A program made the translations under genes and the position numbers. Positions 36,860 through 49,230 of a stretch of 64,000 bases of DNA are shown here, one piece after another; the stretch's first letter is position 1; the number at the start of each line of letters is the position of its first letter. The DNA is from Sminthopsis crassicaudata (taxonomy: Eukaryota). The stretch spans positions 10,222,211-10,286,210 of the forward strand of contig NC_133623.1 of assembly GCF_048593235.1 (NCBI RefSeq), in the 5' to 3' direction. The notes beneath the pieces were generated by a model. The model worked only from the letters and a program-made list of their open reading frames with translations. It had not been told where the DNA came from and searched no databases.

Positions 36860-38330
36860 GCTAAGCATCAGGAGAAGCACTTGGGGGTACAAAGAGAGGC
36901 AAAAACCACTCCTTGCCCTCAAAGATCACATAGTCTAATGAAGAAACCAATATGTAAATAAGTAGGTACAACCAAGATCTGTTTAGAGTAGAAGCTGGTT
37001 GTCTGAAAGGGAAAGCATTAGCTTTCAGGAGTGGGGGGACCTGGAAAGCCCTCCTGCAAAAAAAAAAAAAAGATTGTTTTGGAGCTGAGTCTTGAGAGGA
37101 GCCAATTAGGAGGGTGAGGAAGCAGAACATTGCATTTTGGGAATGCCAAGGCTGTGAGACAAGAAATGGAGTCCTATCTTGAGGGAGCTAGTTGGATGCT
37201 GTGATTGTAGAGTTCCTTAACAGGAGTTAAGTAAGATACAAGAAGATGGGAAAGGTGGGCAGGGGGGGCAAGTTAGAAGAGCTTCAAATGCTAGAGGGCA
37301 AGCCACTTCCTCTCTCTGAGCCTTAATGTTTTCACATATACAATAAGGAAGTAAGGCTATTTTGATATATTCTATCTTGCAGGCCATTTCTAACTCTGAA
37401 TTGATGATGTGAGTTTGCTAGTTGAGAACTTACTATTCAGAGAAGAATCAGTTATTTTAGTCAGGAAAGAGAATCAGGAAAAGCATAGGGAGACACTTCA
37501 GTTAATAGTTCCGCAGCCTCACAGAGGGAAAGGAGATTTAGGGCTGAACAAAGGTCATTGGATTTAATCATTAAGAGATCCCCGATGCCCTTTTAAGAGG
37601 GCAATTTTTAGCAGAATGGTCAGAAGAGCCAGATTTACAAAGGATTGAGGAGAGATTGTGTGGTGATGAAGGTTAGCTGTGAAAGTGAGAGATGTTGTGT
37701 GGTGTTGTGTGGTAGAAGGGGTCCAGAGGAGGGCTTCTTACAAAGGATTTTTAAAAGATTGACGATATGATGACTTCAAGAGAGGGAAAGACTGCTGGAG
37801 TAAGGTCCTGAATGAGAAAAGAGAGAGAAGTATTACTCTTAGTGAAGAGACCTGGAGGAGATGATGCTGAATTTGGAAGAATAATTAAGAAAGCTCATGG
37901 CAGATGCAGTAGGAGTCTAGGTCATCTATGGTGGAGAGAGTGTGGTCAGAAGAGAAGAAAAAGGTTTGGGACAGATATTTTGGGAAATGAAATGAGAAAA
38001 TGCATTATACAGCAGCAGCAAGATTGCAGTTTAAATTATGCATCGTAATTTAGTAGTGGGTAAAATGAGCTCAAGAGCTCTGGAACAGAAGCAGTGAATT
38101 TGGATGCTGGAATTACCCATAGGTCCATAGTTGAAGTTTGGGAATGTCATGGGAATAAGATGAGAAGATGACTTGGGATTTTAGGGTAATAATAGTTTGT
38201 AAATCATTACAGTGGCAGACGGTGGTACCAAGGCTGGATCTGGAGATAAATGACGGAGAGTGGAGAAATGGCTTGGGGATATGTCATTATGTGAAGTTCA
38301 GTTTTGTTTAGTGTTCCTGGTACAGCAGGA
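36860..38330 (-). mobile_element. Fragmented L2 LINE with an internal MIR3 fragment (~37300-37410)
   Basis: ccttgccctcaaagatcacatagtctaatg tail and purine-rich reverse-strand L2 ORF2 relics. Confidence 0.6.
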
Positions 38331-38389
38331 AATTGTTGGAGAGTGGAGTTTCTTTAAGTTTGACTTTGACTAAGATCAATGATTACTAG

Positions 38390-39060
38390 CCCTACTTCTT
38401 TTTATAATAAATTCAATTCCTGATCCTTGTGGTAGTGTTTGTATATATATCCCATTTCTAACTCTTCTACTTGATTCTGCTCCTTAACTTGCCTTGCTAT
38501 TATTTAACTTCCCCCTTACCCAGGAATCCTTCCCTTGTCTTCTTCCCCCAACCTTTCCTTCCCTCTTTACCCCATTCCCCTTAATCTACACTTCTTATCC
38601 CATTCCTGTTGATCTAAACACCCTTCTGTATCCCACTTTGTCACCCTTTCTCCCTTAATCCCTTTCCCATGGATTTATACATTTTGTCTCATTACCATAA
38701 CTCTATACAACCTTTGCACCCCACCTTATCCTATGCCACCCTTTTCCCCTTCTTTATCCCTTTCCCCTTAATCTACACACCTTATCCCACTATAATAGCT
38801 CCACACACCCTTCTGTACCCCACTTTGTCCTTTATCCTTTGCCCATTAATCTACACACCACCTCCCACTGCCAAAAATCTACACATCCTTCCATACCCCA
38901 TTTTATCTTATTCCTTCTCTGTTATTTCTTTATAAGTTTTGGAGGGTTCTCTGCCCTTCATGGGGTATTATTTGTAGTGTTCCCTGTTTAACCCATTCCC
39001 GATGTATGTTTTCAGAACAACAAGCCCTCCTACCCTCTCTAATGCTTCTGTATCAGTGAG
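38390..39060 (-). mobile_element. LINE-1 internal fragment (probably ORF1-ORF2 linker) with degenerate tandem repeats
   Basis: Pyrimidine-rich L1-like sequence with repeated ttaatctacac / cacccttctgtatcccactttgtc units. Confidence 0.55.
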
Positions 39061-39064
39061 AGTG

Positions 39065-39490
39065 GAAATTTTATTTAAATAAGCCAATATCAGAAAAAGA
39101 AATGGAACAATCCACAATTTAAGTCCCAAAGGAAAAAGAAATCTCCAAAAATCAGATGGATTTGCTAGAGAATTCTGTCACTTACAGGATGATTAATGCC
39201 AGCATTACATGAACTGTTGGCAAAAAATAAGGGACCCTTCTAGATTCTGAAGCAAATATAGTTTTGATACCTAAACCACAGACAGACAAAGCATGGAAAG
39301 AAAAAAAAAACTTATCATTATTCTTAATGAACACTAATGGAAAATTCAAACAAAATATTAGCAAATAGAAAATAAAATTTCAAAATTCTTGATCTTGGAG
39401 GTAGGACAATAGGTCATAATCATTAATTTAGAGTGTGTCAATATGTAAATAGTAGGAAAATAAAGATTCACATAATACAATGGCAATCAG
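39065..39490 (+). mobile_element. LINE-1 ORF2 reverse-transcriptase region fragment
   Basis: Decayed equivalents of the PDGF / LIPKP / KILxKILANR motifs (tcagatggatttgctagagaattct, gttttgatacctaaacca, aacaaaatattagcaaataga). Confidence 0.75.
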
Positions 39491-40694
39491 TCTATATATA
39501 TACATATATATATATATGTATATATATAAAGTACTTACCAAGTGTCAGACAGTATCAGGTACTTCATTTGAAATTAATTGGACATTTTTCCTCCTTGAAT
39601 CTCAATATATGCAGTTAGGGTTGGTCTTTGAAAGTGTTTGTTATTGGGACCTTCAGAGTATACAGACAGCTCCATTTTAGTCTAGTCTAAAGCTGAGATT
39701 ACAGAACAATCAAGGACGTTTTTGAACATGATGCTTAGTGATGTCAAAGTATGACTTTTTGTCTTGTGGAGCCTCTTCTTTTGCCACTAGAATCAATCAC
39801 TAATGCCACTGCTATAGGAAACTAGTGCTGCAAATATGATGTTATAAACTCCACAGTCTGATCTGTCTTAATGGTGATTACATGTATTTGGGGTAACTGA
39901 GTCACAAGGGCTCCAGATTGGGTACTTGTCATGCCCCAAATTCTGGGTTTTAGCTCTTGAATTTGTTTATATCCAGTTTATAATCCTAAATTAGAAGAGG
40001 CTGTTCAATACAAAGTGATCTTCCCCAGAAAGATTAACTATAGTAAATACCAAAGTATTTTGTAGTTATAGGAATTCAGTTATATTGCACCTAAAATCAT
40101 ATTTATCATTAATAACTTTTCATATTTCTATAGTGATTGGTACCTAGCAAAGGAGAGTAGGAATTACTTGATTATTTTTCAGTGCGAGGGATTCCCACCC
40201 AGAGTACTATGCTATTCTTGAAAGAATACATGGGTCCTTGGAGAAACCAGAGGTCCATGGAAACAGGAAGGGAAGTTAAGCTTAACTATCAGGGGACTTC
40301 AGTACAAATCCTTTGCATATTCTATGGTGATATAAATAATAAAACTTGCCCTACAGTGTATCCGATTCCTTGTTAGTTTGAATACTTTCATGGGACCTAC
40401 TGATAGTCTTCCACAACCCTCCTTTTGGGGAACCCAAGCTGAATTCTGATGTTCCTAGGAGAAACTTTGGTATCATCCACATTTTTTGGATTCCACATTT
40501 TTAACAACCATCTGAAAAAATGCTCTAATTCCCTAAAAACTAGAGAAATGCAAATTAAAAGAACTTTCAGGTACCATACCACACACAATCCAAAGAAATT
40601 TGCAAAGAGAAGCTCCCAAGTTTGAACTTAATCTTTGTGACTTAGGACTTTGGTAATGGAGCAAAAATCACATTTTGAGAAACAGTTTATTCCA

Positions 40695-40885
40695 CTGGAA
40701 GGAGCATAGGATTTGGAGACAGTAGGCTTTGGTCTGAATTCTAGCTCTGACATCAACCAGTTCCATAAGGCTACTCGTTAGCTTCTCTGTGTTTGTCCCT
40801 GTATCTCTAAGATGGAGACAATACTATTCTCAATACCTACTCTAGTGGATTAAAGTAAGGAAAGAAATGTGAACCTACATTGTTT
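40695..40885 (+). mobile_element. MIR SINE
   Basis: ggatttggagacag ... ctgaattctagctctgac ... ctctaagatggagacaatacta. Confidence 0.6.
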
Positions 40886-41334
40886 ATTATTATTATCTGA
40901 GTCCAGTATTTTTTCCACTGTGGAGTACTGCCTCCTGTGTGCTATTTTCCTTACTGTAAGCCCAGACCTGCAACATTATGTCATGCTAAATTTTCTGTTT
41001 AGAATTTATTTTCCCAATTTAGCCTTGGTGACATGTTATCACTACCATTCAGCTAGGTTCTGAGCAGAATATTCAAAGCACTTAGATTTGTACTATATAT
41101 AGTACACAGCTGTATGTTGCATCATTACTTCACTAATTATTTTCATGAATCTAATGACTACAACATAACAGACAAGAGTATATTTACATGAATATTATAT
41201 TGTAGGCACAAAATCCAGTGGCAATCCCAGGGAATAGGAGCCAGGTCAGTTATTGCTAGTAAGTGGTTCTTGGAAGGGGGCTTCTTTCATAGGTCATTTG
41301 GGGAACAACATTATTAGCTGAGCAAATTTCTCTA

Positions 41335-42310
41335 ATAAAAGTCTTATTTTTAAGCTATATAGGGAACTGAATCAAATTTATAAGAATAAGAAGCATCCTC
41401 AGATTGATAAATGGCAATTTTTTGAGAAAGTAACCTTCACTTTTAACAACCATATGGGGGGAAATGCTGTAGTTTCCCCCAAACTAGAGAAATGTAAACT
41501 AAAAGAACTTTCAGGTACCCACATCACAACAATGGAAGTTGATAAGATAAGGAAAATGACAAATGCTGGAGGGCCTATGGGAAAACAGGTACATTTAATG
41601 CACTGGTTGGTAAAGCCATGAACTGGTCAAGCCTTTCTAGAAAGCAACCTGGAGCTATGCCCAAAAGCTAATAAACTGTATGCCCTTCTCCCTAGTGATA
41701 TCTCTACTAGGTCTATACCCTAAAGAGATTGAAGAAGGAGGAAAAGAAGTCATATATACAAAAATATTTGTAGCAGCTCTTTTTGTGGTAGCAAAGAACT
41801 GGAAACAGAGGGGGTGCTTATCATTTGAGGAATAGATGAACAGTTATGGCATATGCGTGTGATGGAATACTGTTGTTGCATAAGAAATTGTGAAGGGGAT
41901 GATTTCAGAAAAACCTGAGAAGACATGTAAACTGATGCAAAGGGAAGTGAGCAGAACCAAGATAATGATTTATACAATAGTAACCAGAGTGTAAAAACAA
42001 TTTTGAAAGGTTTAGGAACTATGATCACTACAATGACCAACCTACAATTCCAGAAGATTGATGATGAAACATGCTATACACCTCCAGGTAAAGAAGTGAT
42101 GAATTTGGGGTGCAAAGTGAAGCCCATTTGGCGTGGGGGTGGAGGGGAGGAGCATGGCTAATGTAGACATTTGTTTTGCTCAATTTCACTTATCTGTGGT
42201 GAGGGAAAAATGATTATAAGCTGAGATAGATGCTGAAGATCAAAAAGTAATTTTAATGTCAAAGTAATAAATGCAGAATTTAAAACTCTCTATTAAATTA
42301 AAAAAAAAGA
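41335..42310 (+). mobile_element. Older LINE-1 (ORF2 3' region, 3' UTR, A tail)
   Basis: aaaatatttgtagcagctctttttgtggtagcaaagaactggaaac, atggaatactgttgttgcataagaaat, A-run ~42298-42308. Confidence 0.85.
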
Positions 42311-42639
42311 ATTAAAACTTTCTATAAAAGAGGGAAGAGCTATTTGTCCCTCCCCCATATACATTTGACAAACTTGAAGTGTTATTTGTAGGTTGCTTAC
42401 ACATTACCTCTGTACTTGGAAGAGATGCTGCAAATAGTAAGGCACTCAATAAGCATTTGATGCTAAAGGCCATCCTCGTGCTTCAGGTATCCTGAGATGA
42501 CCTTGTATGCCAGATGCCAGCTGTATTTTCTTCTCAGTTACAGTAGCGGTGGGCTTTACTGGAAGGGCAATACCATCCCCTTCCAGGACTGCTTAGGTTC
42601 CATACTATTTCTTTAATAAAGATAGCCTCTAAGACTTTA

Positions 42640-42830
42640 CTTTTTTGTGTTTTGGACCCCTTTGGAAGTCTTGTGAAGCCTGTGGACCTCTGCTCAAATT
42701 GAGTTCTTAAAATAATTTAAGGAAATGCTGAATTTTAGTTAAAAGATAGTGAAAATAAAGATGATTTTCCCTTCCACTGAATTTCACAAATGCCCTGACA
42801 TCTCTCAGGGGATCTGTGCCCTCTAAAAGG
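42640..42830 (+). mobile_element. hAT-Charlie-type MITE
   Basis: ggacccctttggaagtcttgtgaagcctgtggacc ... gaaaataaagatg. Confidence 0.65.
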
Positions 42831-43427
42831 GGCTACAGAACATCTTGAATCTTTGCCCCATTTCCCCCACTTTGCCTGGAATGATTAAGCTGATATTTAG
42901 GAAAGGACTGAAGGCACAGCTCTGTCTTGAAGGAGCAATTTGGGGGGAAGTATTTAATACGGGTGAAAATATGGAATGCTCTGGAACCCTTGAGAAGTTG
43001 CACAAGAAAATCAAGTCCTGTTGGCCCAAATGGCCTTATGCCATGCTTAGGTTTGATAGGCCTGATTCTCTTCAGGTTACTTTTCCTAATCATGCCAATC
43101 TCTGGGCTCAGGTTGCATTATTCCCTGTGATGCTACCTCAGGTACCGGAACCCAGGAGGCTACCTTCCTGAACTTCTCTGAACTCAGAGCAGCCCTTAAT
43201 TAGCCATTTCCTTGGGGGGATGCGGATCAAAGCCAGAATGGTTTCTCTTTAGGGATTTCCAGAAACCAGAGACACCTCATCTTTAAGCTGCTTTGAGGCA
43301 GAAGAGAATATTATTTGTTTTCCTGGAAGGGCTTCCAAGCAGTTCTCTCAATGGCAGTCTTTTCCCATTTTTTAAAACTACCAATGTAGCCCTTCTAGAC
43401 ATTCTCTAGTCATTTTCAGCTCTCGGA

Positions 43428-43655
43428 GTAGGGGTTCCTGATCTGGGGCTCCATGGATCTCCAAGGGCTATGTAGATAAGATTTCAGAAGGTCTGTGAAC
43501 TTGGATGCGAAAAACAATTGCATCTTTATTTCCACTGTGTCTGACTGAAAATTTCACATTCCTTTCAAGGATTTAAAAAGCTGCCTCTGAGAGGAGGGGA
43601 AGGCAAGCTTCATTAGACTGGCCTGCTGCAGGGGGCTGGAATACCCAAAAGGTTT
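43428..43655 (-). mobile_element. hAT-Charlie-type MITE, opposite orientation to 42640-42830
   Basis: aggggttcctgatctggggctccatgga terminus; gtgaacttggatgcgaaaaacaattgcatctttatttccact. Confidence 0.65.
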
Positions 43656-43759
43656 CCTCCAACATAGAACTCTGACTTTGCACTCACAGCTGATGGATTA
43701 ATAAGCACACAATCTTGCATGTGGAGGGTACTTCATACATGTGCTTCAATTAATCTTTG

Positions 43760-44340
43760 TTGAATAAAAACATCATTGATTTGCTTTCTGGTATTTAGTG
43801 GGCACCTGCTTTGTGCCAGGCCTTGTGCCAACCGCTGGGAAGCAAATTTAAAAAAGGAGAATCTTCTTTTAAGGAGCTTAATACCACTGGGTTCTCAGTT
43901 CTCTTCATTCTAAACAATCAGTAGATGGAACAGAAATTTAAATTCAAACAATATGGAAGTAGATAAAACGATTTCCTTGGGGAAGAATAGTAGTAACTGG
44001 GAGGAAAGAGAGAGGATCAGGAAAGGACCTTCTGTAGGAGCCCCCCCCCCCAAACCTGAGCTTTTAAGGAAGTTATGGTTTCTGTGAGGGGAAGAAGGGA
44101 GGTGGGAGTACATTCCAGACTGTGCAAAGGCAGCCAACTTGTAGACAGTGATGGATTGGGGAGACCGATGAGGAATGAGGGAATGAGTTAGGACAGTCTG
44201 GACCCAAGGAATAAAGGGAGCTAAAGATCCAGATGTGAGGCGGTGACAGAAAGCCAGGCAGGTTTCTAGGCAGCACTTGAGACAGAACAGAGAGTTCAAG
44301 CCAGCACGCTATTAGAGCAGCTCGTGAGAGCCAAGATTTA
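43760..44340 (-). mobile_element. L2 fragments
   Basis: atttagtgggcacctgctttgtgccaggcc tail; tacattccagactgtgcaaaggcagcc. Confidence 0.55.
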
Positions 44341-44794
44341 GGCAAAACTGTTCTCAGCCAGGGACCTTCTTCCAGAATAGGGCCAGACCCGCTTGGGGCG
44401 GGCAGAGCATGAAGCACCAGAAAAGGCTTTTGTGGAGCCATGGCTACCTGGGAGAGTTATCACAAGGTCAACGGGTAGAAAAGCGGGCCATCAGTGAGGA
44501 CTCCATGGCGTTCTTTTCTCTCCCCACCCCAAGCCATGCCCAGTGGGTTGGTTTAGATCTAGGAATGTGGGAGCCGAGTGGTGGAGCTCCCTGCTCTGTC
44601 TCACTTGGTGCAGTTGATTGAGAGCTTACAGTTCTAGGCAGAGTTAGAGGTATTTAAAGGGATTAATTCTCTACAAGGAACTCAGTGGCCATCAGATAAG
44701 GTCCCTGGTCCTCTTGAATTCAAGGTGTTTAGAGAAGATATAAAGATACTTAAAGATTCCTTCTCCTATGGAGTCTACAATTTGGTAGGATAGG

Positions 44795-44998
44795 GCAGTA
44801 GTTTTCGAATTTTTGTTCTAAGTATCTTAATATTATTAAAAATTATCGAGGATCTATTCAAACAGTTTTTGTGTATGTGGGTTAGATTTGTGGCTAACTT
44901 AGAATATTTGAAATAAAAACTAATTTTAAATTGTAAATCTTCTGAAAGGGTTTCAGAGATCCCCGAGGATTCCCTGGACCACACTTTGAACACTGGGA
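44795..44998. mobile_element. hAT-Charlie-type MITE (MER102-like, name tentative)
   Basis: Termini cagtagttttcgaatttttg and ggaccacactttgaacactg. Confidence 0.6.
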
Positions 44999-45209
44999 TA
45001 GCTAATACTTGTGCTCAAATAACTGGCACAGAACACAACAGCATAGCCTAGTGGAGATGTACTTGTGAGTTGTGAGGAAGCTGAGAGAATTTCTACTTGA
45101 GATAAGCAGCCAAGGTGTCAGGGACTAGAATTAGAGCTGATCTTAAAAAATCAGGATTTGGGCAGTGGAGAAGAGGGAGTAGAAATTCCAAGTGGAGGAA
45201 ATGAATGGA

Positions 45210-45490
45210 GCAATCAGTGCATCAGGCAACAAGCTTTTGTTAAGTGCCCACTGTGCTCCAAGCTTTCTGCTAGATGCTGGGGAAAGTGGCAGCTCCTGCC
45301 CTCTAAGAGCTCACCTTCTTTCAGAGTCAACAATGTGAAGATAAATAAGTACACACATAAACGATATATAAAATAGACAGCAGCTATGGGAGGGAAGGTA
45401 GGAGCCGGTAAAGGTGCCAGGAAAGGCTGCATAGAGAAAGATAGCTTGAGAGAGGTAGAGCTGAGGAAGGAGCACTTTCTAGACCTAGAG
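45210..45490 (-). mobile_element. L2 3' fragment
   Basis: aagcttttgttaagtgcccactgtg ... ctgccctctaagagctcac. Confidence 0.7.
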
Positions 45491-48249
45491 ATGGGGAGTC
45501 AGAAGGGTCCTCTCCCTCCAAGCTTGCTTCCATTTCCCACCCCCCCAGCCATCATTGAGGGGAGAAATCATTGTGGATAGGGGAACATCAGCACCTATTG
45601 CTACCAATAGGCAGATCAACGCAGGAGCTCTGAAAGTGGCAGCATGTCTCAGACCTTAGGTCTTGCTGCCAATCTTGGCCTTGGAACCATTATGTAGAGA
45701 AGCCACCCAGCCATCCTCACCAAGTGCCAGCCCTGGCACAAGCAAGCTAGCCTGAATCAGTCAGGCAGCTAAAGGTGAGATCTAAGGCAGTGTGTGCTGG
45801 GTGTGTCAGGCCAGTGCCTTCTCTCAGGTATGTATGAGGATAGCCCAGGACCCTGAATCCAAGAGTCCTGGGACCGGTAACATTCCATAAGAAAGCCTCT
45901 GTTTTATGACTATATTCCATGAGACTTTTCCCGACTTATAGCTGAAACCTTCCAGTAGATTGGGAGCTCCTCGAGGGCAGGAACTGGCTTTTACCTTCTT
46001 TGTTTTCCTGGGTTTGACACAGTGCCTCGAACACTGATGAGGGAGAAAGAGAAGGTGTTTGGCCTAGGCTTCACAGTGTAAAAACAGTACGTCTACATGA
46101 GGCTGGAGAGGTTTACCCAGCTTGTGGAAACCAAGATGCCTGCAATTTGTGGTTCTCGAGCTTATTTATCTGCTGGCACAGAATTAATTTATTTTATGTG
46201 CCATGACTGGTGGGATACATGGGAGAGTGGGGTAAGTTCTGTACAACTCATAGCACACTTAGCTGGAATATCACAAAAGAGAACACTGTTCTAGAGGCTC
46301 CTGAAGTTTTTGGAGGTGGTGAATGACATGGCCAGGCCGGCGTTTCAGGAACGACGGTGAGCGTAGTATGTGTTCGGGCAATGGTGACTAGATCGATTTT
46401 GCTTGTACATATGTGACATTTTTCTCCTCAGAGAGGTGGGATCCCAAGTGTGAAAAGGCCTTGGATAGGAGGCTGAAGAGTTTGGAATGGATTCAGTAGG
46501 CAGTAGGAAGCCACAGGAGGACTAAGTGAAATGAGTGTTTGGAGGGTGGAAAGATAAGAAGTGAGGAGATTGACCCAAAGGTTTCATTAATGCGCTTTGG
46601 AAAATGAAGGACTAAATAAATGAGGCATGAGAGTGGTATAGACTAGGAGTGGGGAGAGATGAAAGAGATGTTATGGAGTTCGAATCTTTAAGACTTTGCA
46701 ACTGACGGGATGTGGGAGGGCAGGAGGGGAAGTCAGCTGATTCTGTGCTTGGATGATTGGGAGAATGGCTTTAATAAAAATAACAAAAATATGATTTTTT
46801 AATAAAAAATAGGGAAACGAGCACTGGAGAATCACTGCTGACTAAAAGAGAAGCATGGCTAGTCTATGGGGTGCAGCTAGCCCTTGCTCTGCCCGCCTGA
46901 GTTCTGCCTCACCTTCAAGGCTCTTAGTTGCCATTTCATACATCATTTCTCTGATAGGATGAATTGGAGGAATGTTTACGTTCTCATTATTTGTTTTTTG
47001 GCGGTATGTTAAGGTTCTTGTGTGCAAGAATGTTATACAGTTCAACTGCAAGCAGAATGTTGATATGGTGAGCCATCATAGACCTTTCTTGCAGAAGTTT
47101 GCTTGAGAACGAATGGGGTTTTTGCAGATTCTCAGGGCTGCAGATCCATTTTGCTGATGCCCAGAGTGTGCCAGGACCTGGCAAGTCCATCTGCTGTCTC
47201 ACTCCATACCACAAGTGACCATCAGCGATTGCCCCCAATTCATCATTCTTACATGTTGAGTTTGTCTTCACAGGAAGTCATGTGTTTACCTTCCTTGGCA
47301 GTTAATGTTGAATTTCCAATGTGTACAGTTTCTGGCTAATGTTGGAAGCTGTGGAAATATAATTCCCATCATATTTATTTTAGTAATTGTTGAAATCTCT
47401 TCTTGGAGACAGAAGACTTGGCTTCTGGGCCCGCTTCTGCCCCAATGAAATATGTGACCCTGGGCGAGTCAGAAGAAACTGGGCCTCTTTTCTGCAGTTG
47501 AAAAATGGAGTTGACAGCATCTGTGTCTACGAGGAAACTGTTTGTTCTTGGCCTGATGCTGTTCTCTTTCCTTAGGAATCTGGGGAAAGTATGAGGTCAG
47601 GCTGATGAGAGGGAACAGAACTGGTAACGATATCGTGAGCGGGTCCAATGCTGATGCTCCGGCCAAGAGCAGGCTTGATGATTTTGAAAGCTGTTTGAAT
47701 AGCTGACTATAAAATCTCAAGTGGCCTGCTCTAGCAGTCTGGAGAGATGTTCAGGATCAGTTTTCGAGTGTTAGTTTTTATAGTTTTCTTAAGCAGGTCA
47801 CCTTATTCCAAAAGAAAGACTTCTCTTTCTTTCTGTATTTTCATATTGATGAAAGTGGGTAAGTCAAGTTGCCAACTTTATACTTTGCAAATAGCTTCCT
47901 GTTCACACTTTGAGAAGAGTGTTCGTGGTGTGACTAGCATAATAGAAGTGTTGCTAGAACAAATTTATTTTCATATTTTAATGTTAAAATAATGCCTCCA
48001 TTCACTTCCCCTTTTCTCACTCCATGGGATTCAGTTTTCCTTATTATTCACATCATCTATCATATTGCTAGTCTTCTCAGTGGGTTGGAGTAGGGAACTG
48101 GAGGGAAAGAGAGAATTTTGGAACTCCAGATTTAAGAAAAAAAAATTGTCACAATACACAATACATTCAAATAGTTTTTAAATTGTTTGCCTCTTCTAAT
48201 GTGACAATATGAAAAAGACCACGATAAGTGTCGCTGTCCGCTTCAAGGC

Positions 48250-49230
48250 TCTGCCCTGGGTCTTTTTCTCTTTTTCTCCTCTCTTCTTTGGTGATTTCAT
48301 CAGCTTCTATGGGTTTACTCTCAACACTCCCAGATAATTCCCAAATTTACAAATCTTTCCCTGATTTCTTTCCTGACTTTTAGTTGGGTAGATAGCGATG
48401 TGGGAGATCTCGGTGTGGATGTCTAGCCTAAAGACTTCTCCTTAAATATTTCCAAAACCAAACTCGTATTACCGTCCCCTTCCCCTGCCCATACCTCCTC
48501 CTGACTTGCCTATTTCTGTTGACAGTTCTACCATCCTTCTCATCATCCAAGTTTGTAGCCTGAGAGTCATCCTTCATTCTTTTTCTCTCCCTTAGCTCCT
48601 GTGTCCAGTTGCCAAGACTTTTCACTGCTCTCTCTGTAATATCTCATATCCATCTACCTAGCTGCACCATCATAGTTTGGGCCCAGCCCAACTCCCCAGC
48701 CACCCCATTGATATTCCTTAAAGGCAGAAATTTCCCTGCCCACCTCTGCACAGAAATCCAAAGTGTTTCCTTTAGCCTTGGAGATATAATATCCAAGTGT
48801 TGATAATGATGTCATTTATTGGCTCCTACTTCTAGGTCTAGCCGTATATCTTAGGACTTCCTTTCCTGTGCTCTCCATTCCAGGTACACTGGGCTGATAC
48901 CCGTTCCCTATACTTGCCATTTGACCTGCCGCTTCCAGGCCTTTGCACAAATAACACCCCATTTCTAGAGTGTACTCTTTCCCTGCTCGTGTGTCTGAGA
49001 TTGCTAGGACAACCGAGGGGCCTCTTCTGACCTGAGATCCTTCTTGCCTTGCTGGTTCTACTGGTCTCCTGGGATGTGACTTTGGATTATGCTGTATCTG
49101 CTTATCTGTCTACATGTTGTATTCCCTTCCTTGCTCCTGGAGGCCAAAGAATGTTTTGTTTTGTTTTTTTCTTGTGTTCTTAAGCACTTAGCAGATCACC
49201 TGGCATATAACTGTAGGTGTTTAATACAGA
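48250..49230 (+). mobile_element. L2 LINE 3' ~1 kb
   Basis: ttggtgatttcatcagcttctatgg, tggatgtctagcctaaag, ccaaaaccaaactc, tail cctggcatataactgtaggtgtttaata. Confidence 0.8.

Noticed and set aside
39835-39875. C/D snoRNA-like boxes (atgatgt ... ctga)
   Set aside because: Imperfect C box, spacing too short and no terminal stem.
46960-47340. Unique-looking sequence with 78-94 aa ORFs on both strands
   Set aside because: No recognisable homology in the frames examined and no coherent exon structure.
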